Shown here piece by piece: positions 39,327 through 51,119 of a stretch of 64,000 nucleotides of DNA (position 1 is the first letter of the stretch; every line of letters begins with the position of its first letter). The notes below the pieces were generated by a model that saw nothing but the letters and a program-made list of their open reading frames with translations, was not told the DNA's origin and did no database searches. Where the stretch lies: assembly GCA_965112155.1 (NCBI GenBank), contig OZ218102.1; one strand, 5' to 3'. Both the position numbers and the translations under genes were made by a program. The stretch comes from Podarcis liolepis. Lineage: Eukaryota.

Positions 39327-39455
39327 GAATCATAGAACAGCAGCATTGGAAGGGACCATGAGGATCATCTTGTTCAACCTCCTGCAATGCAGAAATCTTT
39401 CACCTGTTGTGGGGCTCAGATCCACAACCCTGAGATTAAGAGTCTCAAACTCTAC
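39327..39455 (-). mobile_element. tRNA-Lys(CTT)-derived SINE with CR1-type tail (degenerate)
   Basis: The minus strand reads GTAGAG..TGAGACTCTTAATCTCAGGGTTGTGGA..GAGCCCCAC, then CTGCATTGCAGG...GATTCT. Confidence 0.7.
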
Positions 39456-40044
39456 TGCCTCCATGCCAGAAGAAGCGTTCTGGGCTGAACAGAGGAAGAC
39501 AACCCATCAGTCAGCACAGCAGATCAACTGTTTGGCTGGAACCACCAAACTTTTTTCCCCTTCCAAAACTGTCACCCTCTCTAGCTGATTCCATTGGAAA
39601 GGCCCATATAATAAGTCCCGCAGTCTTATTTCAAAATTAGATCTCTTCAACTTCTCTTGCTTTAGGTCAGATTCTGTTCATATCCTTTCTGACTGTTGAC
39701 AGAATTTATTTTTGTAAGATTACACTTTTTAATCTTTCGGTATAGCTTTTCTGATTGAAATGACTTAGCCAGGGATCACACAAGTGATGAAAGGCAAGAT
39801 GTAAATTGAAATAATTAGTCAATCAGTCGGTTGGCAGTATGGCCAAAGTCTTTATGCTTAAGTCGTATGAGCTCCATTCATCTGTAAAGCAATACGTCTA
39901 AATTGCTATATTAAATCACCAAGGAAAAACGCCTATTAAAATCACCTTGATTCAAATCAGTTACTCATACATTCATCCTATCTCATCGTTCTCAGTGCCA
40001 CAACTAACATTTTTCCATTTGCTGGATTGCATCTTATTTACCGG

Positions 40045-40240
40045 GTATTTATTGCATTTATATTTCACCATCGCCCCCTCCTCATCTAATGTTCACATCA
40101 ACCTTGTCCAGTAGGTTAGGCTGGGAAGGATGGACTGACTCCAGGTCACCCAGTGAGCTTCATGGCTGAGTTGGTATTTGAACCCTGGTCTCCCAGGTCC
40201 TAGACCAATACTCCCCAACCACTGCACCACATTGGCTCTC
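40045..40240 (-). mobile_element. Squam3/MIR-like tRNA SINE
   Basis: The minus strand reads GAGAGCCAATGTGGTGCAGTGGTT...GGAGACCAGGGTTCAAATACC..CAGCCATGAAGCTCACTGGGTGACC. Confidence 0.7.
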
Positions 40241-41391
40241 ACGTATTCTTATGTGTTGAGGACTCCTAAGAACTAGAGGCCAAGACAGGTGATTTGCAGT
40301 TCTGAGAATGAGATCTGTATCACCCTGAATGTGCTTCAAGAGCACTTTTAAAATATATGATATTCATTGCTATATGTTGCAGCTAGCTACTCCTGCTATG
40401 TTACAGACACATGCAAATGAAAGAAAACTCAAAGCACATTCACAGCCCGGGGGGAAAGGATAAGAACCACCATTATCATTGTGAGAAATGGTCCATCTAG
40501 TGCAATAAAGTGACACAAAATAGAAGCTGGATCAGATGAGACAAAAGGAACTGTTCAAGAAGCAGAGCACTTACGGAATGAGCAAACAGAAGTGGTAGTT
40601 AACTAGGAATATCTAGCAGTCAGTGATGAATACATAAATTGGAACAGGACCAATTACAGATTCCCGCGGCACCCCGCTTACTCTCTGCAACGAAAAAGCA
40701 AACTCGAGTATGATAAACACAAAGTAATTTAAAATGTGCACACTGAAAGAACAACTTTTTCAGTATTGAAGTGAAAATGTGTCGCAGCACAGGAACCAAC
40801 CGACAATACATTGTTCAAAAGAAATGGATCAAGAGAGAAATCAATATAAAGAAAATTCTGAATCCCTCTAACTGTCTTATTACAAATGGTGGGCAGATAT
40901 AGTTGCTGTTGATGAGGGTGAATGTGTTGCTGTTGTTGTTACTGCTGTTGTTGTTGTGCATAGACACTCTGTTATTTAGAAAGGGGAGCAGCATCCATTT
41001 GAAAAATAAAACCTCTTTCATCAGACAGACAGAGAATCACAATATCTCTCAGTTAAAGAGTGACATAATTTCTTCAAAATACTACTGTTAGCAAACAGAC
41101 AAATGAGGAACTGCAGGAAATTAGTAAGCATATGGCACCCTCTAGGGAGTAACCCTCGAAAGGCAGCTAGATCACCCTGAAATATTTTAAGTAAGTAGCT
41201 TCCCAGATTGCAACTATGCCTACTGAAATTTCTTTAGCATTTAAAAAACTAGGAATTTTTAATTCCAGATGACCACTTAATCCAAGCTAAATGAGAGATG
41301 GGCAAGTGAGCAAGCATTTGGACCTAGTCCTGCCCTGAACAATGGATCATCACTATTACAGGCAGATAGCCCAGGAAGAAGCAAAACTCCA

Positions 41392-41969
41392 TGTGGCGGT
41401 CACACAGAGCCCCCCCCCCCCGCCCGGTCCTTCCACAGACTTTTGACCCTACACCACCATGGCTTATCTCTTCCACTGCCACCAACAAGGTTTCCCCGGT
41501 AATATATTCAGACTCAGTCAGGTTGAAATGTATTAGCAAAGATTCTAGTTTATTGTGAACGCAAACAAGTTTTAAATACAGTGGATGCTCGGGTTGCGAA
41601 TGTTTGCAACCTGCAGCGCCGCGCATGCACAGGTTGTGATTTGGCACTTCTGCACATGCGCGAGTGCCAAAACCCGGAAGTAACCTGTTCTGGTACTTCC
41701 AGGTTTGGCACGGTGCACAACCCAAAAACGCACAACCTGAAGCGTCTGTAACCTGAGGTATGACTGTACTTTGAAACACTAATCCGATTCTGTCTCTGTC
41801 TCCCCCCTGTGTCTAACTCACTCTGGCTCCTATGCTCTTGTCCACCCACAAGAAACCAACCGAACTAACTGCCAAGCTCCGCCCCTGGGCTTTCTTATTG
41901 GTCAGCCTATCAACCCTTTCTCTCTCTCCCCCAGTACAACATCTCCATAATGTGTGGGCAAATGCCACA
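41392..41969 (-). mobile_element. Solo LTR (family X) with nested Tigger-type MITE
   Basis: TGTGGCGGTCACACA ... AAATGCCACA termini with a 5-bp TSD CTCCA / CTCCG. Shares GACCCT..CCACCA..CTGCCACCAAC..AGTTTATT with 27743-28544. Confidence 0.8.
41579..41766. mobile_element. Tigger/pogo-type MITE, family B
   Basis: TA|CAGTGGATGCTCGGG...CTGAGGTATGACTG|TA, with an inverted-orientation relative at 56555-56816. Confidence 0.8.
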
Positions 41970-42139
41970 CTCCGCATCAGTGCTCCCCCCCCCATCAATC
42001 ATTTCCCCAACTGCTAAGGAATCGCTGTATAAAGCATGAGTTTGCACATCTGAAGCCATTGTGATGCATTGTTTGTCACTGTCCTTTCCCCCTCTCTCTT
42101 CCAAGTTTGCTTCTGATGCAGTTGCTGAGAATATTTATT

Positions 42140-42145
42140 TATTAT

Positions 42146-42181
<36 letters not shown>

Positions 42182-43959
42182 TTTATTTATATCCCGCCCT
42201 CCCCAACCGAGCCGGGCTCAGGGCGGCTAACAACAGTCAAATAACAATCAAATAATAACACATTCTAAAAATATTTCATTATAAAAATTAGTTAAAATCA
42301 AATTGATGGCAACCGATTAAACAAAATTCTGTGCAGGTTGCCAGAGGAGGGAGTCAGGCTGCGCCCTGACCAAAAGCTTGGCGGAACAACTCTGTCTTGC
42401 AGGCCCTGCGGAAAGATGTCAGATCCCGCAGGGCCCTAGTCTCTTGTGACAGAGCATTCCACCAGGTTGGAGCTGCAGCCGAGAAGGCCCTGGCTCTAGT
42501 TGAGGCCAGCCTAACCTCTCTAAGGCCTGGGACCTTGAGGGTGTTATTATTTGTAGACCGTAGGTTTCTCTGTGGGGCATACCAGGAGAGGCGGTCCCGT
42601 AGGTACGAGGGTCCTAGGCCGTATAGGGCTTTAAAGGTTAAAACCAGCAACTTAAACCTGATCCTGTACTCCACCGGGAGCCAGTGCAGCTGGTATAGCA
42701 CCGGATGAATGTGATCCCGCAGCGAAGACCCCGTAAGGAGTCTCGCTGCGGCATTCTGCACCCGCTGGAGTTTCTGGGTCAGTCTCAAGGGCAGCCCCAC
42801 GTAAAGCGAGTTACAATAATCCAGTCTGGAGGTGACCGTCGCATGGATCACAGTGGCTAGGTCAGGGCGAGAGAGATAAGGGGCCAACTGCTTAGCTTGG
42901 CGGAGATGGAAAAATGCCGCCTTTGTTATAGCTGTAATCTGCGCCTCCATAGAAAGGGAGGTATCGAAGATTACACCCAAACTCTTAACGGACGGTGCTG
43001 GCACTAATTGCACCCCCGCAAGAGATGGGAGTTGCCCCCTCGATCCCATATCGTCCCGCCCCAGCCAGAGGACCTCTGTCTTCGAAGGATTTAACTTCAA
43101 CCGGCTCCCACGTAACCATCCAGCCACAGCTTCCAGACATCTGGTCAGTGTGTCTGGGGCCGAGTTAGGATGGCCATCCATCAACAGATAGAGTTGGGTG
43201 TCATCAGCATACTGATGGCAACCCAGCCCAAAACTCCGGACAAGCTGGGCGAGGGGGCGCATAAAGATGTTAAAAAGCATCGGGGAGAGAATCGCACCCT
43301 GAGGCACTCCACACACCAAGGAGTGACGCGATGACAATTCCCCCCCAAGCGCCACCCTCTGTCCCCGATCAGAGAGAAACGAGCGCAGCCATTGAAGGAC
43401 TGTGCCCTGGATCCCCACGTCGGCAAGGCGGTGGTCCAGGAGTTCGTGATCCACCATGTCAAAGGCTGCTGACAGATCTAGAAGAATCAGCAGCCCCGAC
43501 CCGCCTCGATCCAGCTGCCTACGGAGATCATCTGTTAGGGCGACCAGAGCCGTCTCGGTCCCATGACCAGCACGGAAGCCAGACTGGAATGGATCCAAAG
43601 CAGATGTTTCATCCAGAAACCTACCAAGCTGTTCAGCAACCGCTCTCTCAATCACCTTACCCAGGAATGGAAGATTCGAGACCGGGCGGTAATTGGATAG
43701 ATCTAAGGGATCTAACGATGTTTTCTTTAAGAGCGGACGCACCACCGCCTCCTTCAGTTCCCCTGGGAATATCCCGGTGCCAAGGGACAAATTGATGATA
43801 TCCCCCAGGGGGGCCCGCACCTCGTCTGGACACGCTCTAATCAGCCATGACGGGCACGGGTCAAGAGGACAGGTGGTGGGCTTTCCAGCTTGGAGGAATC
43901 TGTCCACATCGGCTGGAGATATCCGGTCAAAGTGGTCCAATTTAAAGGCAGAATGCTTA
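42140..43959 (-). mobile_element. Young 5'-truncated L2 LINE with an intact reverse-transcriptase-to-C-terminus reading frame
   Basis: Uninterrupted 528-codon ORF 42354-43940 with RT motifs (NYRPVSNLPF, QSGFR, LLDLSAAFD, GVPQGAILSP, YADD) and the L2 C-terminus (LHWLPV, RAFS.AAP.WWN). It has an (ATT)n tail and a 13-bp TSD GAGAATATTTATT (42127-42139, 43960-43972). Confidence 0.95.
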
Positions 43960-44811
43960 GAGAATATTTATTATAGAAAGTAAAACATTAAGTAAGCAAC
44001 ATCAACAAGAACCATTCTTTGGTTCAACTAAACCAGCCAATTGAACTTCCTTTCTTATACTAAAGACCTGTACATATGGGCATTGCGACCCTTGCCCGGC
44101 TAATTCAAAAGTGGAATCCCCTAAACTCACAACAGTATGCTTTCACCTTCATAAGTCAATAGTTCTTCCTCATAGTGGCAAGTGAGTCACAGCATTTGCA
44201 AACAGTGAAAACATCACATGGCAAGCACATTTCTGAGAAAGTTTAACATGCCACCTCAAAGCAGCAGCAACTTCCTGTCAAGCTATCTAAAGTCACTCGG
44301 TCACCTAGCAGGAAAACCTAAACTTTGCTGTTCTCAGGCATCATTCCCATGCTTTGTTCTGAGCTGGCTTTGTTTTCGTATCTTGCTTTAACATGCGTTG
44401 TTTCTCTTGTCCCTGCAAAGGCTTTCAAAGTAACCATACTTCATCAGAAAGCTGAGACTAGGATAGGATTCGTATGAGAGTGTGCCATTCTGCTGAGGTT
44501 TACTCAGAGCAGAGCCACTGAAATTAAAGGACATGATTAAGTTCGATCCATTGATTTGAATGGGTTTACTCTGGATAGCATCTTTATGTACTTAAGATTA
44601 ATGGGTAGGGGGATAGTATATGCAAGAAAAATCCAATTGATTTCAATTATATTAATTCACTAAGACCTAAAACATCATAGTGCTTAAGTGTGAGAGGAAG
44701 CAAGTGCCTTTTCCAAATCTGGCCTCAGGCATAAATATCACCACTAGGTGATAATAATACTGTACTATCATGTGGAATTGTGGTAATTAATACTAAGGTA
44801 ATGTATATAAT

Positions 44812-45174
44812 GGGACACGGGTGGCGCTGTGAGTGAAAGCCTCAGCGCCTAAGGCTTGCCGATCGAAAGGTCGGCGGTTCAAATCCCCACGGCAGGGTGT
44901 GCTCCCGTTGCTCGGTCCCAGCGCCTGCCAACCTAGCAGTTCGAAAGCACCCCCGGGTGCAAGTAGATAAATAGGGACCGCTTACTGGTGGGAAGGTAAA
45001 CGGCGTTCCCGTGTGCTGTGCTGGCTCGCCAGAGCAGCTTCGTCACGCTGGCCACGTGACCCAGAAGTGTCTTTGGACAGCACTGGCCCCCGGCCTCTTG
45101 AGTGAGATGGGCGCACAACCCTAGAGTCTGGCAAGACTGGCCTGTACAGGCAGGGGTACCTTTACCTTTACCTT
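44812..45174 (+). mobile_element. Sauria SINE (same subfamily as 28149)
   Basis: Shared diagnostic CACCCCCGGGTGCAAG, an (ACCTTT)n tail and a 13-bp TSD TAATGTATATAAT. Confidence 0.93.
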
Positions 45175-48100
45175 TAATGTATATAATACTTGAAATGCAC
45201 AGCATATGCAGAGTATGAATTAATCTGTGAAAAATTGTCTCAGTTGACTGTTGACTATGTAAAATGAATAAATGGCCACGTAACACAACTGAGGAGTCAG
45301 CTTGGGTCTCTGATAACTTTTAAATAAATGTGCCTGTCAAACAAAGAGAGAACTTAATTAGCTGGAATTTAATAGAACTTGCTCTGTAATCCTAAACAAG
45401 TTTACTCAGAAGTAAGTCACATCCAGTTTAATTATCAGAAGTCTCTATAGCTGAACTAAATTCAAATTAGGGATTGATGGTTCAGTTTGTTCATGGCCCA
45501 TGTCAGTGTCACATAAATTAGACACATCTACTCTCTCTCTCTCCCCCACATTAATATGTGATTCTGCCCCCGTCCAAAAAAACCTACTTGAAATTTTGTA
45601 TTTAAGTACATATTTTTGATCCTATTTTCTCACAAAATACAAATTTCTAAATGCAATTTATGCTACATGTTGATATATATGCATTTTTGCTATGCTTTTT
45701 TAGCAGAGAACTGCTCCACAAAATTCAGAGAAGAGAAAAATCTGCAAGATAAGCTGTGTTCTTATCCACAGATTAATAAGGAAGGGCAGATCAAGCCAAT
45801 TCAAATCACAATTCACAAAGAATGGGTTCTTCAAGCACCCCTAATAACTGGGTGAGGTTTGCAGATAACCTCTTGGGCATTTAGCCACCTTCTTAAATAA
45901 GCCATTGTACATTTCTGAAGATAGAACCATTTAACATTAAACACTATCATTCTAAAAGGACTGATTTCTTATTTCACAGTGAATAAACACAATTTGACAC
46001 TGTGACACAAAGCACATAAAAAATGTGCCATACACATTGAGAGACATGGGGTTTTTTTCTCACTAGATGAAATGTAGGTTAAGCAGCAGAAACACAGACA
46101 AGACAAGGTTTGACAACAGGCAATAGTTCACTTAAGGAGGTCGAGTGGGTAGAGAATGTGCTGTTTAAGGGAACCAAACATCAACACATGAGCTTTAAGT
46201 AGAGATGAAACACTTGTAATTATAGGCAGAAACAAGTTTAAAAAAGAAGACATACACACCTCAAAAAGGGGGTGTAAATACAAATGCCATTGTATTATTG
46301 GGAGAAACTATTTCAGAATCAGCGTTCTGGTCTAAATTCCAGCCATAAATATCTTATTTCCAAATAGTTTTAATTGAATGTGATTTACCTACATCTAGGC
46401 CAACATCCTCTTCTTGCAGCGGCGAACCAGTTGCCTATGGAAAACCCATAAGCAGAGTGTAACACCACTTTCCTCAGTTGTGATTCCCAACAACTGGTAT
46501 CCACAATGTATCAGTAACTCTCATTTAAGCATAATATGCATTGCTGTCTGACATGCTCTCCACACAAGGACTAGATCACTTCCAGGTTCTAACTCTATGG
46601 TTAAATATTATTTGCTGCATATTCTTGAAGCACAAAAATGTTGTGGCTCTGATCTTTTCAGAATAATCTCTTTCACACCTGCTTTTCTAATACCTAGAAA
46701 TTATTATTTTTGAATCTAGTCTTCTTTTCCATTTGCTTGTATACCCCAGTATTTTGATATTATTTTGGGGTGAGCTTATGTATGCTTTGCCTGCTTTGTG
46801 TATGTTTGTATGATTACATTTTTAAAAACCATTATTGCTAAAAACTACTTAAGTGGATGGAAAATTGATACATCCTATTGCATATTTAGGGGAAACAGGG
46901 ACAAACCCCTCAGCAAATTAGGGTACTTTGCTGGCTGTTGACAGTTTCTACTTCAGAGTCTCAGTTTTACATCTGACAACTTTGCTGTACCAGTTTTCAG
47001 AGTGAGAGCTAGTAAAGGTGGGTGTGAGGAGTTATATCATAATAAGGCAGTTCCATCTTATACATGCCATCCAGCCCAAGTTCCGTTTCTGTCAACTCCA
47101 CATGACATGATGGTGTCACTAGTTAGTGCAAAGATAACTATTTCATGGAAAATGGATGAAGTGCTTACAGTTCTGCTATGCTGATCAACAGCAAGAGACA
47201 GGACCAATAATTTCAGAGAACAGAGTGGGAGAATGTGTCCTTCTTGCCCTACAGACCCTCCCAGGAGTTAAGATCAACAGAGGGGGACCATCTTGGTAGT
47301 ACCGCTGCCCTTGCAAGTTTGGGAAGTGGTGGTTTAGGAAGGAGCACTCTCTGTGGCAGCTCCTAAGCTGTGAAATTCCTTCCCTACAAAGGTGTAGCTG
47401 CAGAAGACAGCTGCATGGCAAGGAGTTGGACTAAATCCTCAGGGTCCCTTCCAGCTCTATGATTCTTTACCCTGGCCTTTGACACTTCACTCACTCTCAC
47501 ACACCAGGACCCAACCTATTCTTCTGACTGTAGATTGAATTAACAGGGCTCCGCTCAAGTGCAAGTTCAATTGTTGAGAAAATCATCACCATCCCTACAT
47601 ACCAACTGGCATGCATAAAAGCAAAATGCCGTTAAATTTCACCTTCACAGATGATAGACATTCTGCGTTTATGAAACTGAACCCACCAGAACAAGGGTGG
47701 GTGGAAACAGAAATCCATCCAGACCCTTTAAGTAGGTGCCAGAACACAAAGTAACAATAAGAGCGTATGCCGAGAGAGGAAATTATAAGCCATCCTTTTC
47801 ATAGCTTCTTTTTTCACTCCATATTTGATCATGAGTTTACTCATGACTGATTTGCTTGTGTTAGCTTAGTCTTTTTTTGTTTAGCAAAAGGTAATAATGT
47901 TTAATTTAGCCATCTGGTTGTCATGCTTCTTCTGCAAAGGTGGATAGCATAAGACTCCGGCTAGCTTTTGAAGTCCCACTGCATTTGCATTGTTTATCTG
48001 ACTGTTGCATGCAGAAAATAAACTTATTTCAGATCATTGGTATCTGTATTCAACTTGGATATCCACCAGTGCAAATAACAATTCATGCCCTTCATACAAT

Positions 48101-48627
48101 TATCAATTATGTCATTGGCTTTTAAAAGTTAAATAGCAGGTACAGAGGCCCCAATCTGGGGAGCAGGGGCTTTCATCTTTTGCCACCTGCTGTGGGTCCG
48201 ATCCTGATAAAATGCCCCCCCATCCGACCCATTCTCAGCAGAATGAGACATTATACTACACATGGCTACTGCTGGAAATAATCAAGGCAAAGCAGGCATT
48301 GGGAAGGTTTCAATTCAAAAAACAGAGAAATTAATGTACTTGGGCTAATTAAAAAATGACTCAACCTGGCATTTCAAATTTACAGTTAGTATGTACTTCT
48401 TAGATTTCAGATAAGCTCTTCTCATACCAAATAGGTTAACCAAAGGTTTTGACTACCCTTTTGCATGTGCTTTTTCATAAAATTCATATCCTTTCTTTTT
48501 TCTTCTCCTAGATTAAGTATGGAAGAAATCCATGGGAGAGTGGAGGTTCACTGTATTTATAACTAGCAGTATAGGTTCAGAGAGAAACCCACTTGAAGGG
48601 GAAATTACCTTCAAGAAACATTTAAAC

Positions 48628-48765
48628 CAGGGGTACCTAACCTGTCACCCTCCAGATGTTGCCAGATTACAACACCAACAATCCCTGGTCATTGGCCATG
48701 ATGGCTAAGGCTGATAGCAGTTGGAGTTCAACAACATTTGGTGGGCTACAGGCAAGCCATCCCTG
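48628..48765. mobile_element. Palindromic hAT MITE (older copy)
   Basis: CAGGGG..AACCT...CCCTCCAGATGTT...AACATTTGG...CCCTG. The TSD is not preserved. Confidence 0.7.
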
Positions 48766-49582
48766 TAACAGACCTACACTCGTAATAATGTAAACCTAAC
48801 CAGGCAGAACAACAAATAAAACCAGCGAAAACATTCCTTTGTTGATCAGATTTAATTTTCCTTTCTTCACATCCATGCTGGTATCAGTTGTCTCCAGTTA
48901 GAAAAGAGGTGTTTTTTCTCCTGCTGGTGCTTGTAAGCTAGCTGCATTCATTAAACACCATTATATCTGCATCATTTAATTTAGGTCAACATGTCAAAGC
49001 GATGCAAGTTCATATTTGCTCCCAGTCAGTCTATCTTACCCTCAATAACAAAAGAAAGCTAAGCAAGCTGTATTTGGACTCAGCAATAGAAATAACCATG
49101 TTCTTTATATTCCATTACGATACAGCACAAAGAGCACATGCACCATATATGGCATATAATTTTGTTTCTACCTGTGTGCAGTTGCTCTTTCCAAAGATAA
49201 ATGTGAATGTTAGCCATCAATTTCGTACTTAGGAGTGATAGCAATGTGTTTAAGAAATGAGGGTTTTGAACAATCCTAAGCCAGTATGCATAAAGTCAAA
49301 CACACTTTTTAACTAACCAATAGGACACTAACTTTCAGCTTGATTTGTGACTACTCGACACTAGCCTTCCATGGCTACCAGCCTCCCCTATTTTTATTTA
49401 TATGTTTTCTAATAAACCACTATGTCGCACAACATGATAAGGGTTGTTTATACATATAAATCTTACTGTTGAAATTATAAAACACAATGTAACAAATTAA
49501 GGCCAGTATTGCAACACATACCAAGCAAACAGCACAAAACAGTTCTCCATTACAAATGGATGACTTATCAACCGTATTGATA

Positions 49583-49847
49583 CCGTATTGGCCTGAATAT
49601 AACCCTCACTTTTTTTTCCAAATTCCGACCGTGAAAAGTTAAAGTGTGGCTCAAATTCGTGACCTTACAAAAACTGGCTTTTATGATATCACTGATGAAA
49701 TAGACATATGGTAAAACGGAACAGGTGTGAGAGTGAATTTTAAAGGAGCAGCTTATGTTTGGGCATTGTCTTTTTTTCTCCCCCCCCCCCCTGAATTTTA
49801 AAGGTGCGGCTTATATTTGGGTGTGGCTTATATTCGGGCCAATACGG
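49583..49847. mobile_element. Tc1/mariner (Tc2-type) MITE
   Basis: TA|CCGTATTGGCCTGAATATAA ... TTATATTCGGGCCAATACGG|TA, giving ~20-bp TIRs. Confidence 0.85.
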
Positions 49848-50624
49848 TACCTCAGTGAAGAGATGTTTGAGCTGCCACCAAAACTCATGCCAGCCACATT
49901 TCTGATGGGAGGGTATTCCACAGCTGGCACCTCAGAAAAGGTCCTACAGCACACCAGCACCCAATGTACCACAGGTACTAGCCAGAGCTTCAGAAGACCT
50001 TTCCCTGCAGATCTCCAGTCTTGGATAGATAGGTGTAGGGTGTGTTATAGGAGAGGGGTAATCCATGTGGGTCCCTTCAGATGTTGCTGGACTACAGTTC
50101 TTGTGATTCCTGATCTTTGGCCATGTTGACCACAGCTGGTGAAGGCTGTGGTTGATTGCTTGGAGGGCAGTACACTGGCTAACCCAGTAATAGGTATACA
50201 GTATACTATACCTATATAGGTTAATTTTGATATGCTACTGGTTTCCTTCCCGCTCCCTCTTTTCTTATCATTATAAGGAGGGGGGGCAAATTGGCAGCAA
50301 AGACTGGGGAAATTGTCCATCTTATGCTATGGTTGCAAGTCTGCAGTGGGCATACATAGTGCTGATATCTTTTTATGGAAACACTGCACACTGTGATATG
50401 GAAATGTATGAATCATTGCAGTTAGCAACCACAGGAATTTAGGGTGAGTTGTTTTTTTTTAACCATTTGTCTATGCTGAGTTCACGGCAGATTCCCTTCT
50501 TTTGAAATTTGATGGTTAGGAATGCGTGGAAATGGGGTAGGGAGGTGGATGAGTAGTAGAGGGCTTGTGGCAGTAGAAGAGTAGCACCTGGCTGGGTGTT
50601 TCTGAGCCTAGAAACTCTTTATGC

Positions 50625-50948
50625 CATGGGTAGGCAAACTAAGGCCCGGGAGCCAGATCCGGCCAAATCGCCTTCTGAATCCGGCCTGTGGATGGTCCAG
50701 GAATCAGCGTGTTTTTACATAAGTAGAATGTGCGCTTTTATTTAAAACACATCTCTGGGTTATTTGTGGGGCCTGCCAGGTGTTTTTACATGAGTAGAAT
50801 GTGTGCTTTTATTTAAAATGCACCTCTGAGTTATTTGTGGGGCATAGGAATTTATTCATATTTTTTTTCAAAATACAGTCTGCCCCCCCTCCCCAAGGTC
50901 TGAGGGACAGTGGACTGGCCCCATGTTGAAAAAGTTTGCTGACCCCTG
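50625..50948. mobile_element. hAT-Charlie MITE resembling OposCharlie1 (OC1) non-autonomous elements
   Basis: CATGGGTAGGCAAACT...AGTTTGCTGACCCCTG termini, a GGTCTGAGGGACAGTGGACTGGCCCC subterminal block and an internal ~71-bp tandem duplication. Confidence 0.75.
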
Positions 50949-51119
50949 CAGTTTTATGCGGGTGTGTACTTAAGAGTTCTCTCAGAGAGCTCAGAAAGAC
51001 TGAAATATATGATTCAAGAAGGGGGATTTCACCCTCACTAGAGCTAAATATTTCCAGCCCTTGACTGAAGGCTGGTTCACACACTGACCCAGTTGAGGAG
51101 CATGCATATACTGTTTCTC

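Noticed and set aside
42397-43983. Plus-strand and alternative-frame ORFs overlapping the L2
   Set aside because: They are shadow ORFs of a GC-rich RT coding sequence.
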